Below, one piece after another: positions 1 through 11,300 of a stretch of DNA of 32,000 nucleotides. The DNA is from Acholeplasma laidlawii PG-8A (lineage in GTDB: Bacteria; Bacillota_I; Bacilli_A; Acholeplasmatales; Acholeplasmataceae). The stretch is taken from positions 150,001-182,000 of the forward strand of contig NC_010163.1 of assembly GCF_000018785.1 (NCBI RefSeq), read 5' to 3'. The position numbers and the translations under genes are program-made. Below the pieces are notes generated by a model, which was not told the origin of the DNA, made no database searches, and was given only the letters and a program-made list of their open reading frames with translations. Position 1 is the first letter of the stretch. Every line of letters starts with the position of its first letter.

Positions 1-509
1 ATATGTCCCATGATGGTTTCATCAGGAATTTTAGTAAATTGTGTTTTTAGTGCTTTATTAACTAAGTCTTGATAGTCCATTGGACTGTTTACAACTTCAT
101 CAAATCTTGGCCATTCATTTTCTGGTTTATCTGCATAAACCTCAATACCATTACCATCTGGATCATCTAAGTAAAGTGCTTCACTAATACCATGATCAGC
201 ACCTCCAGATACTGGTGTTTTAGTATCGATCATATGCTTAATGAATTGTCCTAAGTGTGCTCTTGAAGGAAGTAGTATTGCGAAGTGATATAGACCGGTT
301 GTAAGTTGTTTTGGCATAGATAGTGTATTATATACTAATGTTATTAAATGTGTATTGGTGTGTGTACCTAATTTATAGGTGTTATCAATTTTTTCTAGTA
401 GTTTAAAACCAAATACTTCTTGGTAAAACTTTAGTGATGTTTCAATGTTTGAAACCATTAAAGTAACATCTGTTACTTGCATAAATTGATTAGAGTGAAA
501 ATTGTTCAT
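1..509 (-). CDS. VOC (glyoxalase/extradiol dioxygenase-like) family protein, truncated at window edge
   Basis: Reverse-strand reading from the ATG at 509 is open to base 1: MNNFHSNQFMQVTDVTLMVSNIETSLKFYQEVFGFKLLEK...YHFAILLPSR...GADHGISEALYLDDPDGNGIEVYADKP. This is a typical VOC pattern. It is preceded by the SD-like sequence AGGAGG on the minus strand. Confidence 0.85.
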   Translation of the reverse strand, partial: MNNFHSNQFMQVTDVTLMVSNIETSLKFYQEVFGFKLLEKIDNTYKLGTHTNTHLITLVYNTLSMPKQLTTGLYHFAILLPSRAHLGQFIKHMIDTKTPVSGGADHGISEALYLDDPDGNGIEVYADKPENEWPRFDEVVNSPMDYQDLVNKALKTQFTKIPDETIMGH

Positions 510-623
510 GTGTAACCTCCTAAAGTATTTATGTTACGAGTTTATTATAACAGTGATAGTATCTTTTGGGAAGTAGGCACTTCTTGGTAACTATGTTACT
601 TTACAACAAAATCCCAAAATAAA

Positions 624-652
624 ATCCATTCAAGCAAATGACTTGAATGGAT
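624..652 (-). terminator. Rho-independent terminator for the DUF3267-type gene
   Basis: Inverted repeat ccattcaag(626-634)/cttgaatgg(642-650), followed on the minus strand by a T-rich tract (attttatttt). Confidence 0.6.
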
Positions 653-662
653 GGGTTTATTG

Positions 663-1235
663 TTATTTCTTGTAAATGGTCATCCCAATACCGTAATCAT
701 GGATAAGTGTATCTGGTTTACATCTTATGAGTTTTAATATGACGTAGAAATCTCCTACACAGCCAGCGGTATGAATTGCTAGTATGATATATAAACCAAG
801 AGAGTGCATCGGGAATAAATAGATGGATGCGACAAGTAGTGGTGTAATGATCATAAATGGTGCAATACCTGTTAGGATATAGTGATTTTTATAAAAGTAA
901 ATACCCTCCACGGATGCAGATGCTGCCCATCCGTGGAATTTATAACTAACCTTTTCTTTAGTACCTAGCTTAAAGAATATGCCATGAATGAGTTCATGAA
1001 TGATGATTGAAAAGAATGCGAATACTAAATATAGAAGTATGTCTAATGGATTCATCGTAATGGGATCATTATAGGGATTTAAATCTAAATATATAACATA
1101 ACCTAAAATGAAAGGTAGTATCAATAAAATAGAACCAATATTTAAGAATACAAGTATTTTCTTATCTTTTAAATTGATACTTAATTTTTCTTTGTAGCCA
1201 GTTGGTAGAGTATGATAACTTCTAATACGTTTCAT
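663..1235 (-). CDS. DUF3267-type multipass membrane protein with HELIHG zinc-metalloprotease-like motif
   Basis: 190-aa ORF with several hydrophobic segments and the motif IIHELIHGIFF, typical of DUF3267/M50-like putative peptidases. Confidence 0.75.
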   Translation of the reverse strand: MKRIRSYHTLPTGYKEKLSINLKDKKILVFLNIGSILLILPFILGYVIYLDLNPYNDPITMNPLDILLYLVFAFFSIIIHELIHGIFFKLGTKEKVSYKFHGWAASASVEGIYFYKNHYILTGIAPFMIITPLLVASIYLFPMHSLGLYIILAIHTAGCVGDFYVILKLIRCKPDTLIHDYGIGMTIYKK

Positions 1236-1384
1236 GATAGTAACCTCATTATTAAGACTTATAATCGACTACATTATAGCAGTAATTAAATAAAAAGTGT
1301 TGAAAGATTGTAAGATGAAATGTCACAAAATTTTCATATCTTTTTTAGTGTGTGTGAAAATGCGGAGAGGTGACACTTTTCTTG

Positions 1385-1413
1385 TTGACATACACCCTCA
1401 ATAATGATAGAAT
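1385..1413 (+). promoter_or_regulatory. Sigma-A-type promoter for rplKA
   Basis: TTGACA at 1385-1390, 17-nt spacer, TAGAAT at 1408-1413. Confidence 0.8.
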
Positions 1414-1437
1414 ATTCACGCGTGTAAACACACCATA

Positions 1438-1459
1438 GTGGGAGAAATATTCGTACCAC
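1438..1459 (+). promoter_or_regulatory. L1-binding-site-like leader motif upstream of rplK
   Basis: GTGGGAGAAATATTCGTACCAC in the 5' UTR. It matches the layout of the rplK-rplA motif at 1946-1972. Confidence 0.5.
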
Positions 1460-1489
1460 ATACTTATTACAAAAGAAGGAGGTCGTGTT

Positions 1490-1921
1490 ATGGCAGAAAA
1501 GAAAAAAGTAGTCAAACAAGTTAAGTTGCAAATTCCTGGCGGTAAAGCAACTCCAGCTCCACCCGTTGGTCCAGCACTCGGGCAAGCTCAAGTTAACATT
1601 CCGCAATTTGTTAAACAATTTAACGATATGACTCAAAATATGGTTGGTTATATTGTACCAGTTGTAATCTCTGTTTATGATGACAGAACATTCTCAATTG
1701 AAACAAAAACTCCACCTGCTTCTGACTTACTAAAGAAAGCAGCAAATATCAAAGCTGGAGCAAGTAATCCAAAGAAAGATAAAGTTGCTACAATCACTAG
1801 AGCACAGTTAGAAGAAGTTGCAAAAATGAAAATGCCGGATTTAAACGCATACGATGTGAAAGCAGCATCTAAGATCATCGAAGGTACTGCAAAACAAATG
1901 GGCATTATAGTTTCAGAATAA
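1490..1921 (+). CDS. rplK: 50S ribosomal protein L11
   Basis: [45 protein letters not shown] is canonical L11. A GGAGG SD lies upstream. Confidence 0.98.
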   Translation: MAEKKKVVKQVKLQIPGGKATPAPPVGPALGQAQVNIPQFVKQFNDMTQNMVGYIVPVVISVYDDRTFSIETKTPPASDLLKKAANIKAGASNPKKDKVATITRAQLEEVAKMKMPDLNAYDVKAASKIIEGTAKQMGIIVSE

Positions 1922-1944
1922 TTTAGAACTTTAAAGTTTCTAAA

Positions 1945-1973
1945 TTGTGGGAGGATATCCCGTTATACCACAT
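1945..1973 (+). promoter_or_regulatory. Ribosomal protein L1 leader-like hairpin between rplK and rplA
   Basis: tgtgg(1946-1950)GAGGATATCCCGTTATAccaca(1968-1972). The conserved GUGGGAGG...CCGUUAUACCAC-type motif is followed by AGGAGG. Confidence 0.65.
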
Positions 1974-1987
1974 TTAGGAGGAATTTC

Positions 1988-2680
1988 ATGAAAAGAGGAA
2001 AGAAATACTTAGAAGCAGTTAAGTTATACGATAAATCAGTTGCTTACACTGGTTTAGAAGCTGTAGAACTTGCTAAAAAAACATCTGTTGCTAAGTTTGA
2101 TGCAACCGTCGAAGTCGCATTCCGCTTAAACGTTGACCCTAGAAAAGCTGACCAAAACCTTAGAGGAGCTATTAGCTTACCTCATGGTACTGGTAAGACT
2201 GTTAGAGTTGTCGTTATTGCAAAACCAGAAAAAGCTAAAGAAGCTTTAGCAGCTGGTGCGCTAGAAGCAGGCGATGTAGAGTTAATCGATAAGATTGGTA
2301 AAGGTTGGTTTGATTTCGATGTTATGGTCGCAACACCAGATATGATGGCTCAATTAGGTAAATTAGGTAGAGTATTAGGTCCAAAAGGATTAATGCCAAA
2401 CCCTAAAACCGGAACTGTTACATTAGACGTTGCTAAAGCTGTAGAAGAAATTAAAGCAGGGAAAATCGAATATCGTACAGATAAAGTAGGTAACATCCAT
2501 GCACCAATCGGTAAAGTATCATTTGATTCAAATAAACTACATGAAAACATGTTAGCTATTTACAATCAATTAGTACGTATTAAACCAGCTACGGTTAAAG
2601 GTACATATATCAAAAAAATTGCTCTTTCAACAACTATGGGCCCTGGCATCATGGTTGAAGAAAACAATATCAAAAAGTAA
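1988..2680 (+). CDS. rplA: 50S ribosomal protein L1
   Basis: Canonical L1 sequence: [17 protein letters not shown]...[24 protein letters not shown]...[18 protein letters not shown]. Confidence 0.98.
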   Translation: MKRGKKYLEAVKLYDKSVAYTGLEAVELAKKTSVAKFDATVEVAFRLNVDPRKADQNLRGAISLPHGTGKTVRVVVIAKPEKAKEALAAGALEAGDVELIDKIGKGWFDFDVMVATPDMMAQLGKLGRVLGPKGLMPNPKTGTVTLDVAKAVEEIKAGKIEYRTDKVGNIHAPIGKVSFDSNKLHENMLAIYNQLVRIKPATVKGTYIKKIALSTTMGPGIMVEENNIKK

Positions 2681-2699
2681 GACACAACAATTAATTAAA

Positions 2700-2822
2700 T
2701 ATTTACCAAAGACAGTAGCTGTGGTATCCACTTAATTTGCTACCGAGGAAAAATAAACCTGGAACTTATTTTCTCTCTTTATATGTCTTTATATATTAAG
2801 AGGGATTTTATTTATTAAAAAT
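2700..2822 (+). promoter_or_regulatory. L10 (rplJL) leader
   Basis: accaaagacagtagctgtg...ttgctaccgaggaa upstream of rplJ matches the conserved Firmicutes L10 leader (CCAAAGACAGUAG...ACCGAGG). Confidence 0.8.
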
Positions 2823-2859
2823 GAAATCCAAAATCAAAACCTTACAAAAGGAGGCACTC

Positions 2860-3348
2860 ATGAAGAAACAACTTCAACGTAAAGTCGATCAAGTGGCAAC
2901 ATTAACTGATAAATTCAAAATGGCTAAAACAATTGTTATGTTTGAATATAAAGGATTATCTGTTGCAAATTTAACATCACTAAGATCTGAATTACATAAA
3001 GAAAACATCGATTTAAAAGTTTACAAAAACAATATCACAAGACGTGCCGCAATCAATGCAGGATTCGATGCTTTAGAACCATCATTAACAGGTCCTTTAG
3101 CAGTTGCAATATCATATGATGATGTTGTAGCTCCAGCTAAGATCATTAATGAATTTGCAAAGAAAAACAAAACGGTTGTGATAACATCTGGTGTTATTGA
3201 AGCTAAAGTAGCTGACCAAGTAGCAATTATGGCACTTGCAAACCTACCATCAAGAGAAACTTTATTAACACAACTAGCAGCTGGTCTATTAATGCCAGTA
3301 AAAGAAATAGCTATTGGATTAAATATGCTATTAGAAACTAAAGAATAA
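2860..3348 (+). CDS. rplJ: 50S ribosomal protein L10
   Basis: L10-like sequence. The start is reassigned from the track start (2821) to ATG 2860, which is preceded by AAGGAGG. The in-frame 2821 ATG has no good SD. Confidence 0.93.
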   Translation: MKKQLQRKVDQVATLTDKFKMAKTIVMFEYKGLSVANLTSLRSELHKENIDLKVYKNNITRRAAINAGFDALEPSLTGPLAVAISYDDVVAPAKIINEFAKKNKTVVITSGVIEAKVADQVAIMALANLPSRETLLTQLAAGLLMPVKEIAIGLNMLLETKE

Positions 3349-3365
3349 TTAAGGAGAATACACAC

Positions 3366-3737
3366 ATGGCTAAATTAACAAAACAAGCTTTCGTAGAAGC
3401 TTTAAAAGAAATGTCTTTATTAGAAATTAAAGAACTAGTGGACGGATTAAAAGAAGAATTTGGTATTGACCCATCAGCAGTAGCAGTAGCAGCAGGTCCT
3501 GCAGCAGCAGCTGAAGTTGAAGAAAAAACTGAATTCAACGTAGTATTAAAATCATTCGGTGACAAGAAAATCGAAGTTATTAAAGTAACTCGTGAAGTAA
3601 CTGGATTAGGTCTAGTTGAAGCTAAGAAATTAGTTGAAACTGCAGACGCTGTAATTAAAGAAAACGCTAAGAAAGACGAAGCAGAAGCTCTTAAAGCTAA
3701 ATTTGAAGCAGCTGGCGCAGTCGTTGAAATTGTTTAA
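3366..3737 (+). CDS. rplL: 50S ribosomal protein L7/L12
   Basis: Canonical L7/L12 C-terminal domain ([26 protein letters not shown]) with an Ala-rich hinge. Confidence 0.98.
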   Translation: MAKLTKQAFVEALKEMSLLEIKELVDGLKEEFGIDPSAVAVAAGPAAAAEVEEKTEFNVVLKSFGDKKIEVIKVTREVTGLGLVEAKKLVETADAVIKENAKKDEAEALKAKFEAAGAVVEIV

Positions 3738-3758
3738 TTTAATTTAAATGAATGTTTA

Positions 3759-3786
3759 AAAACCTGAGATTACTCGGGTTTTTTCA
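3759..3786 (+). terminator. Rho-independent terminator after rplL
   Basis: aacctgag(3761-3768)/ctcgggtt(3773-3780) stem followed by TTTTTT. Confidence 0.85.
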
Positions 3787-3808
3787 CTTCTTTTTTATAG
3801 GTGAATTT

Positions 3809-4402
3809 ATGTCGCATTACTTTAGAAATGATCCCAATTTAATCAGTGAAGAAACTACGTATCAAGTCGAAATGTTTGATCAAAAATTTACATTTTTATC
3901 AGATAAAGGTGTTTTTAGTAAAGACCACTTAGATACTGGTTCATACGCACTTATAGCTAATTTAGATATACCAACTCATGCAAAAAGCCTACTGGATGTG
4001 GGCTCAGGCATAGGCGTCATAGGTATTATCTTAAAAAAAGTACATCCAAACTTGGATGTTACTCAAATAGATATTAATACACGTGCACTAGAACTTAACA
4101 TTAAAAATAATAAACTCAATCAAGTTGAAACAACCGTGTATGAGTCTAATTTATTCAGTCATGTAGACAAAACATTTGATTGTATCGTATCTAACCCGCC
4201 TATACGTACGGGTAAAGCTACCATATACAACTTATATAAAGATGCCTATAAACATTTAAATACATATGGACAATTGTGGATAGTCGTTAGAAAAGATCAA
4301 GGTGCTAAATCTACAATAGATTATTTATCAACAATTTATGAAGAAGTAGAACTTGTTAAACGACATAAGGGTTTTTATGTGATACGCGCACAAAAGAGAT
4401 GA
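3809..4402 (+). CDS. ybxB: Class I SAM-dependent methyltransferase, YbxB/RsmC-like (rRNA guanine N2-methyltransferase family)
   Basis: Motifs LLDVGSGIGVIGI and VSNPPIR. The position between rplL and rpoB is conserved in Firmicutes. Start set to ATG 3809 (MSHYFRND); the track start at 3752 lies inside the terminator. Confidence 0.85.
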   Translation: MSHYFRNDPNLISEETTYQVEMFDQKFTFLSDKGVFSKDHLDTGSYALIANLDIPTHAKSLLDVGSGIGVIGIILKKVHPNLDVTQIDINTRALELNIKNNKLNQVETTVYESNLFSHVDKTFDCIVSNPPIRTGKATIYNLYKDAYKHLNTYGQLWIVVRKDQGAKSTIDYLSTIYEEVELVKRHKGFYVIRAQKR

Positions 4403-4417
4403 AAACTGCCGTTTGTA

Positions 4418-4447
4418 TTGACACTATTGTATACAATGTGGTAAAAT
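4418..4447 (+). promoter_or_regulatory. Promoter upstream of rpoB
   Basis: TTGACA at 4418-4423 and TAAAAT at 4442-4447. Confidence 0.65.
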
Positions 4448-4539
4448 TATAAAATGCATAGAAATGGGTTTTTTATATATTTATATATATAAATGAAGCC
4501 TAATACAAGAATTTTAAATAACGATAGGAGTGTGGATTC

Positions 4540-7500
4540 ATGAGTTATAAAACCGTAAAATACGGAAAAAAAGCAGAACGACGTGATTATTCAAAAATGT
4601 TACATCAGGTTGAACTGCCGAATCTTATCGAGATACAGACTAAATCCTTTGAGGAGTTTGTAGAAACTGGTATTGATGAACTGTTAAAAGACATTTCACC
4701 AATTGAAGGACACAATGGTGACTTGAAACTCTACTTTGAGGAGAGTTCATTATCCGAACCAAAGTATTCTACTATTGAAACCAAGATTCGTGATCTAAAC
4801 TATTCTAGACAATTATCTGCTAGAGTTAAATTAGAAAACGCAATTACAGGTGAAGTAAGAGAATCCACCGTATTAATGACAGACCTTCCTATGATGACAC
4901 CATCAGGGACTTTTATCATTAATGGCGCTGAACGTGTAGTTGTATCCCAAATTGTACGTTCATCAGGTGTGTATTATACATCTGAATTGGATAAAAAAAT
5001 AAACCAAATTAAGTACTCTGCACAAGTGATCCCAACACGTGGTGCTTGGATAGAGTTTGAACAAGGTTCTAAAGAGATTTTATATGCTAAACTTGACCGT
5101 TCTAAGAAAGTTCCATTAACAACTTTCATTAGAGCATTAGGGTTTACTACTAAAAAAGATATTGAAGAAACTTTTGGTCGCTCAAGCTTAATTACCAACA
5201 CTTTTGAAAAAGATGAAACCAAATCACCAAATGAAGCGGTTATTGATCTTTACTCAAAATTACGTCAAGGTGAAAAAGTTCCGGCTGATGCAGCACGCGA
5301 ATTCATTAGAATGCGCTTATTTGATGCTAGACGTTATGATTTAGCTAAAGTAGGACGTTATAAATTCATTAAGAAATTAGACGTATTAGCAAGAGCAGAA
5401 GGTACATACTTAGCAAACGATATCATCTTAGATGGTGAAGTGTTAGTTGCTAAAGATACACACCTTACAAAAGAAGTTATTCAAATTTTAGCTCAAAATC
5501 GTGATGCATTTAGAAAACAATTAATTACTAAAGAAAATAACTTACAAAATGAAACTGCTGATGAAATATTAGCAACTACTTTACCAGAAGGTGGTAACAC
5601 ACTTTATGCTAAAGAAAATGTTGTGAACTTAAAAACTGGTGAAGTTTTAGTTAAGAAAAATGAAGCTATTACTGAAGAAGTTTTAACAAACTTAAGAAAA
5701 AATAGACATTCAATTGACGAAAAAGTCATCAAATACTTCTTAACAGAAGACGTTTACAAAAAAGAATCATTACGCCAAGGCGTTATTTCTGAAATTCTTG
5801 ATGTATATGTATATGATGATGCAGGCGATAAATCAAACGTTATCCGCATTATCGGTAGTGACCAAAGAGAAGATAGAATCTTCGTAGCAGTATCTGATAT
5901 TGTTGCAAGTATTTCATACTTCCTAAACCTATATGATGGTTTAGGTAATGTAGATGATATCGACCACTTAGGTAATAGACGTCTAAGATTAATTGGAGAG
6001 CTATTAAAAAACCAATTTAGAATTGGTTTAGCAAGAGCTGAAAAGAACATCAAAGATAAGATGTCAACAACAAACTTTAATGATGCAACACCTGCAAACG
6101 TTATTAACATGACGCCACTTGTAGGTGCTATTAAAACATTCTTTGGTTCGTCACAATTATCACAATTCATGGACCAAATTAACCCACTAGCAGAGTTAAC
6201 TCAAAAACGTAGAGTATCTGCCTTAGGTACCGGTGGTATTGCAAGAGATAGAGCTGGGGTTGAAGTACGTGACGTGCATAACTCTCACTACGGTAGACTC
6301 TGTCCAATTGAAACACCAGAAGGTCCTTCAATTGGTTTAATCTCCTCACTTGCTACATATGCTAAAGTCGATGAATATGGCTTTATTAAGACACCATTCT
6401 TAAAAGTTGTACAAAACGGAAATGAAACATCAGTGACTAAAGAAGTTATTTATTTAACAGCTGACGAAGAATCAGATCACGTGATTGCATCTGCTGCTAC
6501 ACCAATGGATGAACATGGTTTATTCATTGAAAGTAGAGTGATTGCAAGACGTAATGGTGAAACTGGTATTTATGATGCTAATGAAATCACTGCAATGGAC
6601 GTTAGTCCAAAACAGGTCGTATCTGTTGCGACATCTTCCATTCCATTCCTAGAACACGATGATGCTTCTCGTGCGCTTATGGGTGCGAACATGCAACGTC
6701 AAGCAGTACCTTTATTACAACCTACATCACCGATTGTTGGTACAGGGGTTGAATACCGTGCAGCTAAAGACTCTGGTGCTGTAGTCATTGCTAAAAACTC
6801 AGGTTATGTAACCTATGTCGATGGTAAGAAGATTATCATCACACCAGAACCAACTGATACAATTAAATCAGGATCTAAAACACTATATAAAGTGGGCGGA
6901 GAATTTGATTATGGTATCGCTAAGAAACTATATGAAACCAAATCAGTTCAAAATGATCAATATGATTTAGTTCAATTCTTTAGATCTAACCAAGATACTT
7001 TAATATTACAAAAACCAATCGTTATGCAAGGTGAGTACGTTGATGCAGGCGATGTCATTGCTGATGGCCCTTCAACTGAAAATGGTGAATTAGCATTAGG
7101 ACGTAACGTAACCGTGGCATTCATGACATGGGAAGGTTATAACTATGAAGATGCTGTCATCATGAGTGAAGACTTAGTGAAGCATGACGTGTATACATCC
7201 ATTCACATTGATGAATATGAAATTGAAACAAGAGATTTAAAACAAGCTAATGGTAAAGAAGAAATCACAAGAGAAATTCCTAACGTTGGTCAAGAAGCAA
7301 TTAAATTCTTAGATGAACGCGGTATTATCGTACCAGGCTCTGAAGTTAAAGAAGGCGACATCTTAGTTGGTAAAATCACACCAAAAGGTGTATTTGAACC
7401 AACTCCATCAGAAAAATTAATTCACGCTGTTATTGGTGATAAAGCTAAAGAGTATAGAGATTCATCCCTACGTGTACCTCATGGTGGCGGTGGTGTAGTT

Positions 7501-8355
7501 CAATCTGTTCAATACTTCAGTAAGAAAAATGGTGATCAATTACCAACTGGTGTAAACGAACAAATTAGAGTTTATATTGCTAAAAAGCGTAAAATCACTG
7601 AAGGTGATAAGATGGCTGGGCGTCACGGTAACAAGGGTGTTATTTCTAAAATTTTACCAAGAGAAGATATGCCATATTTAGCAGATGGAACATATGTTGA
7701 CATCATGTTAAACCCATTAGGGGTTCCATCACGTATGAACATTGGACAAATCTTAGAAATTCACTTAGGAATTTCGGCTCAAAAATTAGGTATTAAAGTT
7801 GCATCCCCAGTATTCGATGGTGTGACTAACGATGAGTTAGGCGCAATCATGGAAGAAGCAGGTATTGCACCAGATGGTAAGACTACATTATATGATGGTC
7901 GTACCGGAGAACCTTATAACAACCGTATTTCGGTTGGTGTAATGTACATGATCAAACTATCGCATATGGTGGATGATAAACTACATGCTAGAAACGTTGG
8001 ACCTTATACATTAGTTACACAACAACCAATGGGTGGTAAAGCTCAAAACGGTGGACAACGTTTCGGGGAGATGGAAGTTTGGGCACTTTATGCTTATGGT
8101 GCTGCACATACACTTCAAGAAATGTTAACGATTAAATCAGATGATATGATTGGACGTAATAAAGTGTATTATGCAATTACACACGGCCAAGAAATACCAA
8201 AAGCAAGTATTCCTGAATCCTTTAGAGTATTAACAAGAGAACTTCAAGCCCTAGGCTTATATGTAGAACTCATTGATGCAAACAAGGGAGAGAATGAGGC
8301 GATCAAGTCTTTAGTAGACAACTCGTCCAAAGGTTTTAACAAAGGGAGGTTTTAA
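4540..8355 (+). CDS. rpoB: DNA-directed RNA polymerase subunit beta
   Basis: 1271 aa with canonical blocks [31 protein letters not shown]-type sequence ([17 protein letters not shown]) and [11 protein letters not shown]. Confidence 0.99.
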   Translation: MSYKTVKYGKKAERRDYSKMLHQVELPNLIEIQTKSFEEFVETGIDELLKDISPIEGHNGDLKLYFEESSLSEPKYSTIETKIRDLNYSRQLSARVKLENAITGEVRESTVLMTDLPMMTPSGTFIINGAERVVVSQIVRSSGVYYTSELDKKINQIKYSAQVIPTRGAWIEFEQGSKEILYAKLDRSKKVPLTTFIRALGFTTKKDIEETFGRSSLITNTFEKDETKSPNEAVIDLYSKLRQGEKVPADAAREFIRMRLFDARRYDLAKVGRYKFIKKLDVLARAEGTYLANDIILDGEVLVAKDTHLTKEVIQILAQNRDAFRKQLITKENNLQNETADEILATTLPEGGNTLYAKENVVNLKTGEVLVKKNEAITEEVLTNLRKNRHSIDEKVIKYFLTEDVYKKESLRQGVISEILDVYVYDDAGDKSNVIRIIGSDQREDRIFVAVSDIVASISYFLNLYDGLGNVDDIDHLGNRRLRLIGELLKNQFRIGLARAEKNIKDKMSTTNFNDATPANVINMTPLVGAIKTFFGSSQLSQFMDQINPLAELTQKRRVSALGTGGIARDRAGVEVRDVHNSHYGRLCPIETPEGPSIGLISSLATYAKVDEYGFIKTPFLKVVQNGNETSVTKEVIYLTADEESDHVIASAATPMDEHGLFIESRVIARRNGETGIYDANEITAMDVSPKQVVSVATSSIPFLEHDDASRALMGANMQRQAVPLLQPTSPIVGTGVEYRAAKDSGAVVIAKNSGYVTYVDGKKIIITPEPTDTIKSGSKTLYKVGGEFDYGIAKKLYETKSVQNDQYDLVQFFRSNQDTLILQKPIVMQGEYVDAGDVIADGPSTENGELALGRNVTVAFMTWEGYNYEDAVIMSEDLVKHDVYTSIHIDEYEIETRDLKQANGKEEITREIPNVGQEAIKFLDERGIIVPGSEVKEGDILVGKITPKGVFEPTPSEKLIHAVIGDKAKEYRDSSLRVPHGGGGVVQSVQYFSKKNGDQLPTGVNEQIRVYIAKKRKITEGDKMAGRHGNKGVISKILPREDMPYLADGTYVDIMLNPLGVPSRMNIGQILEIHLGISAQKLGIKVASPVFDGVTNDELGAIMEEAGIAPDGKTTLYDGRTGEPYNNRISVGVMYMIKLSHMVDDKLHARNVGPYTLVTQQPMGGKAQNGGQRFGEMEVWALYAYGAAHTLQEMLTIKSDDMIGRNKVYYAITHGQEIPKASIPESFRVLTRELQALGLYVELIDANKGENEAIKSLVDNSSKGFNKGRF

Positions 8356-8357
8356 TC

Positions 8358-11300
8358 ATGGCTAAGAACGAAGTATTATCCTTACCTGTAGATTCTTTAA
8401 AATTAAGTCAAACTGCATTAGATAGATTAAAACTATCTGGTATTAGTCGTTTAGAAGATTTCAATACATTTAACTTAAAAGAACTTCAAATGTTATTGAG
8501 TGATTCTTTTAATGAAGTCCTTCCAACATTAATTTATTACAAATTACCAAGAGATGTAAGAGATTTATCATTATCAGATGAAGTTGTTTCAGTACTTGAA
8601 ACAGCAGGTATTAAAGATTTAGAAGCATTAACAAAATATGACAAATCTACACTTTATCATGTGTTTAAAGACGATGAGTTCTTATTAAAAGAAATCAACG
8701 ATTTATTTGAACTATATCACGAAGAAAAATTATCTACTCTTAATGTAGCAACAGAAGTTTTTGAAGAAGTAGCACTTCCTCAAGAGGTATCTGTTGAAGA
8801 CAGAGTAAATAAGATCATTCAACCAATTCGTAAAACATATGGTTCTAAAGCATTTACGCACTTTAAAGTGAGACTTGCAAGTCCAGATGAAATTAGAAAC
8901 TGGTCTTATGGTGAAGTTATTAACCATGAAACTATTAACTATAGAACATCAAAACCTGAACCAGGTGGACTATTTGATGAAAGAATTTTTGGACCTACAA
9001 GAGATTACCAATGTGCTTGTGGTAAGAAACAAACTGTAAACAAAGGCCAAATTTGTCCAAAATGTGGTATTGAAATTACAGAGTCTAAAGTACGTCGTGA
9101 ACGTATGGGACATATTAACTTAGAAGCACCTGTTGTGCATACATGGTACTTAAAGAACTCTCCTTCAAGATTAGCTATCCTATTAGGCATTAAAGCTAAA
9201 CAATTAGAAGAAGTTGTTTACCATGCAAGTTATATTGTGACTGACCCAGGTCAAAACACACCACTAGCTAAAAAACAAATCTTATCCGAACAAGACTATT
9301 CTTTACTTGTTGAAGAATATGGTTCAAGATTTACAGCGCTTACTGGTGCTGAAGCGGTTAAAAAATTACTTCAAGATCTAGATTTAGATAAAGAAGTTAA
9401 AAATTTAAGAAAACGTCTTAAAACAAGTTCTAAACAAAAACGTGATCGTATTATTAAACGTTTAGATGTTGTTGAAGCATTTAACCAATCAGACAATAAA
9501 CCTGAGTGGATGGTTATGGATGTTATTCCAGTCATTCCACCAGATTTACGTCCAATGGTTCCACTAGATGGTGGTAGATTTGCTACAACTGACCTTAACG
9601 ACTTATATAGAAGAATCTTAAACAGAAACAACCGTTTAAAGAAACAAAAAGAACAAATGGCGCCTCGTTTAATTACTAAGAACGAAAAGCGTATGTTACA
9701 AGAAGCAGTAGATGCATTATTCGATAACGCGAAACGCGGTAAGAAGGCTGCTGTTGAACGTAACCGCCACTTAAAATCATTATCTGATTTACTACGTGGT
9801 AAACAAGGTCGTTTCCGTCAAAACTTATTAGGAAAACGTGTGGACTACTCTGGACGTTCAGTTATTATTGTTGGTCCAGACTTAGAGATGTACCAATGTG
9901 GTATTCCTCGTGAAATGGCAATTACATTATTTAAACCATTTATCTTACGTGAATTACAACTAACACATGGTGCAGAAAAGAAAAATGCAAACGCTAAATA
10001 CGAAAGACGCGATGACGACACATGGCGTGCACTTGAAAAAGTTGTACGTGAGCACCCAGTATTACTAAACCGTGCGCCAACGCTACATAGACTTGGTATT
10101 CAAGCATTCGAAGTGAAATTAATTGATGGTAAAGCGATTCGTCTACACCCACTTGTTACACCTGCGTTTAACGCGGACTTTGACGGGGACCAAATGGCGG
10201 TTCACTTACCACTATCACCAGAAGCTCAAGCAGAAGCAAGATTATTAATGCTTGCATCTAACAACATCTTAAACCCTAGAGATGGTAAACCAGTTGTTAC
10301 ACCATCTCAAGATATGGTTTTAGGTAACTATTACCTAACTATTGAAGAATCTAAAGATCGTAATTTTGGTGATGATCTTGAAAGAACTAAGAAACACCAA
10401 GAAAAGCATCGCCATGAAGGTAAGTTCTTCTCATCTATTGATGAAGTTAAGATTGCTTATGAGAATAAAGATATTTCTTTACATACAAGAATTATCATTA
10501 AACCAGAATCAGTTAAAGACACATTTACAGTAGAACAAAAGAACATGTATTTAGTGACAACATTAGGTAAAATCATCTTTAACGAAATCTTACCTGAAAC
10601 ATTCCCTTATGTAAATGAACCTACAATGTCTAACTTAAGTGAAAAGACACCAGACATTTACTTTATTAAAAAGGGTGTGAATCCAAAGGATGCACTAAAG
10701 CATATTCCTACACCTGAGCCATTTAAGAAGAGATTCTTATCTATGGTTATTGCTCAAGTATTTAAATTATTCCACATTTCTGAAACATCAAGAATGTTAG
10801 ATAAATTAAAAGACTTAGGATTTAAATATTCAACAGTTGCTGGTATTACAATTTCTTATGCAGACATCAACGTATACTCCAAGAAAAAAGAAATGGTTGA
10901 AGCAACCGAAGAAGAAATTAATGAAATTGAAGAATGGTTCGAAGATGGATTACTAACAGATTCAGAACGTCGTAAACTTGTTATTGATAAATGGACAAAT
11001 GTTAAAAACGAAATTCAATCTGGTATTATGAAAGAATTCGATAAAGATAACAACATCTTTATGATGAGTGACTCTGGTGCCCGCGGTAACGTATCTAACT
11101 TTACACAGTTAGTCGGTATGAGAGGACTTATGAGTAACCCTAAAGGGGAAACGATTGAAGTTCCAGTTCAATCATCATTTAGAGAAGGTCTAACCGTATC
11201 TGAATTCTTTATCTCCACCCACGGTGCGAGAAAAGGTTCTACCGATACCGCGCTTAAGACCGCAGAATCTGGTTACTTAACACGTCGTTTAGTCGACGTA

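Noticed and set aside
1236-1384. tRNA or other structured RNA in intergenic gaps
   Set aside because: No cloverleaf, T-loop (GGTTCGAATCC-like) or conserved RNA signature was recognised in the gaps read.
1334-1636. Minus-strand 100-aa ORF overlapping the rplK promoter and start
   Set aside because: Antisense to the clear rplK promoter, leader and coding start. Low-complexity protein with no recognisable features.
5754-6170. Minus-strand 138-aa ORF inside rpoB (also 4974-5222)
   Set aside because: Shadow ORFs opposite highly conserved rpoB codons. No SD or family resemblance.
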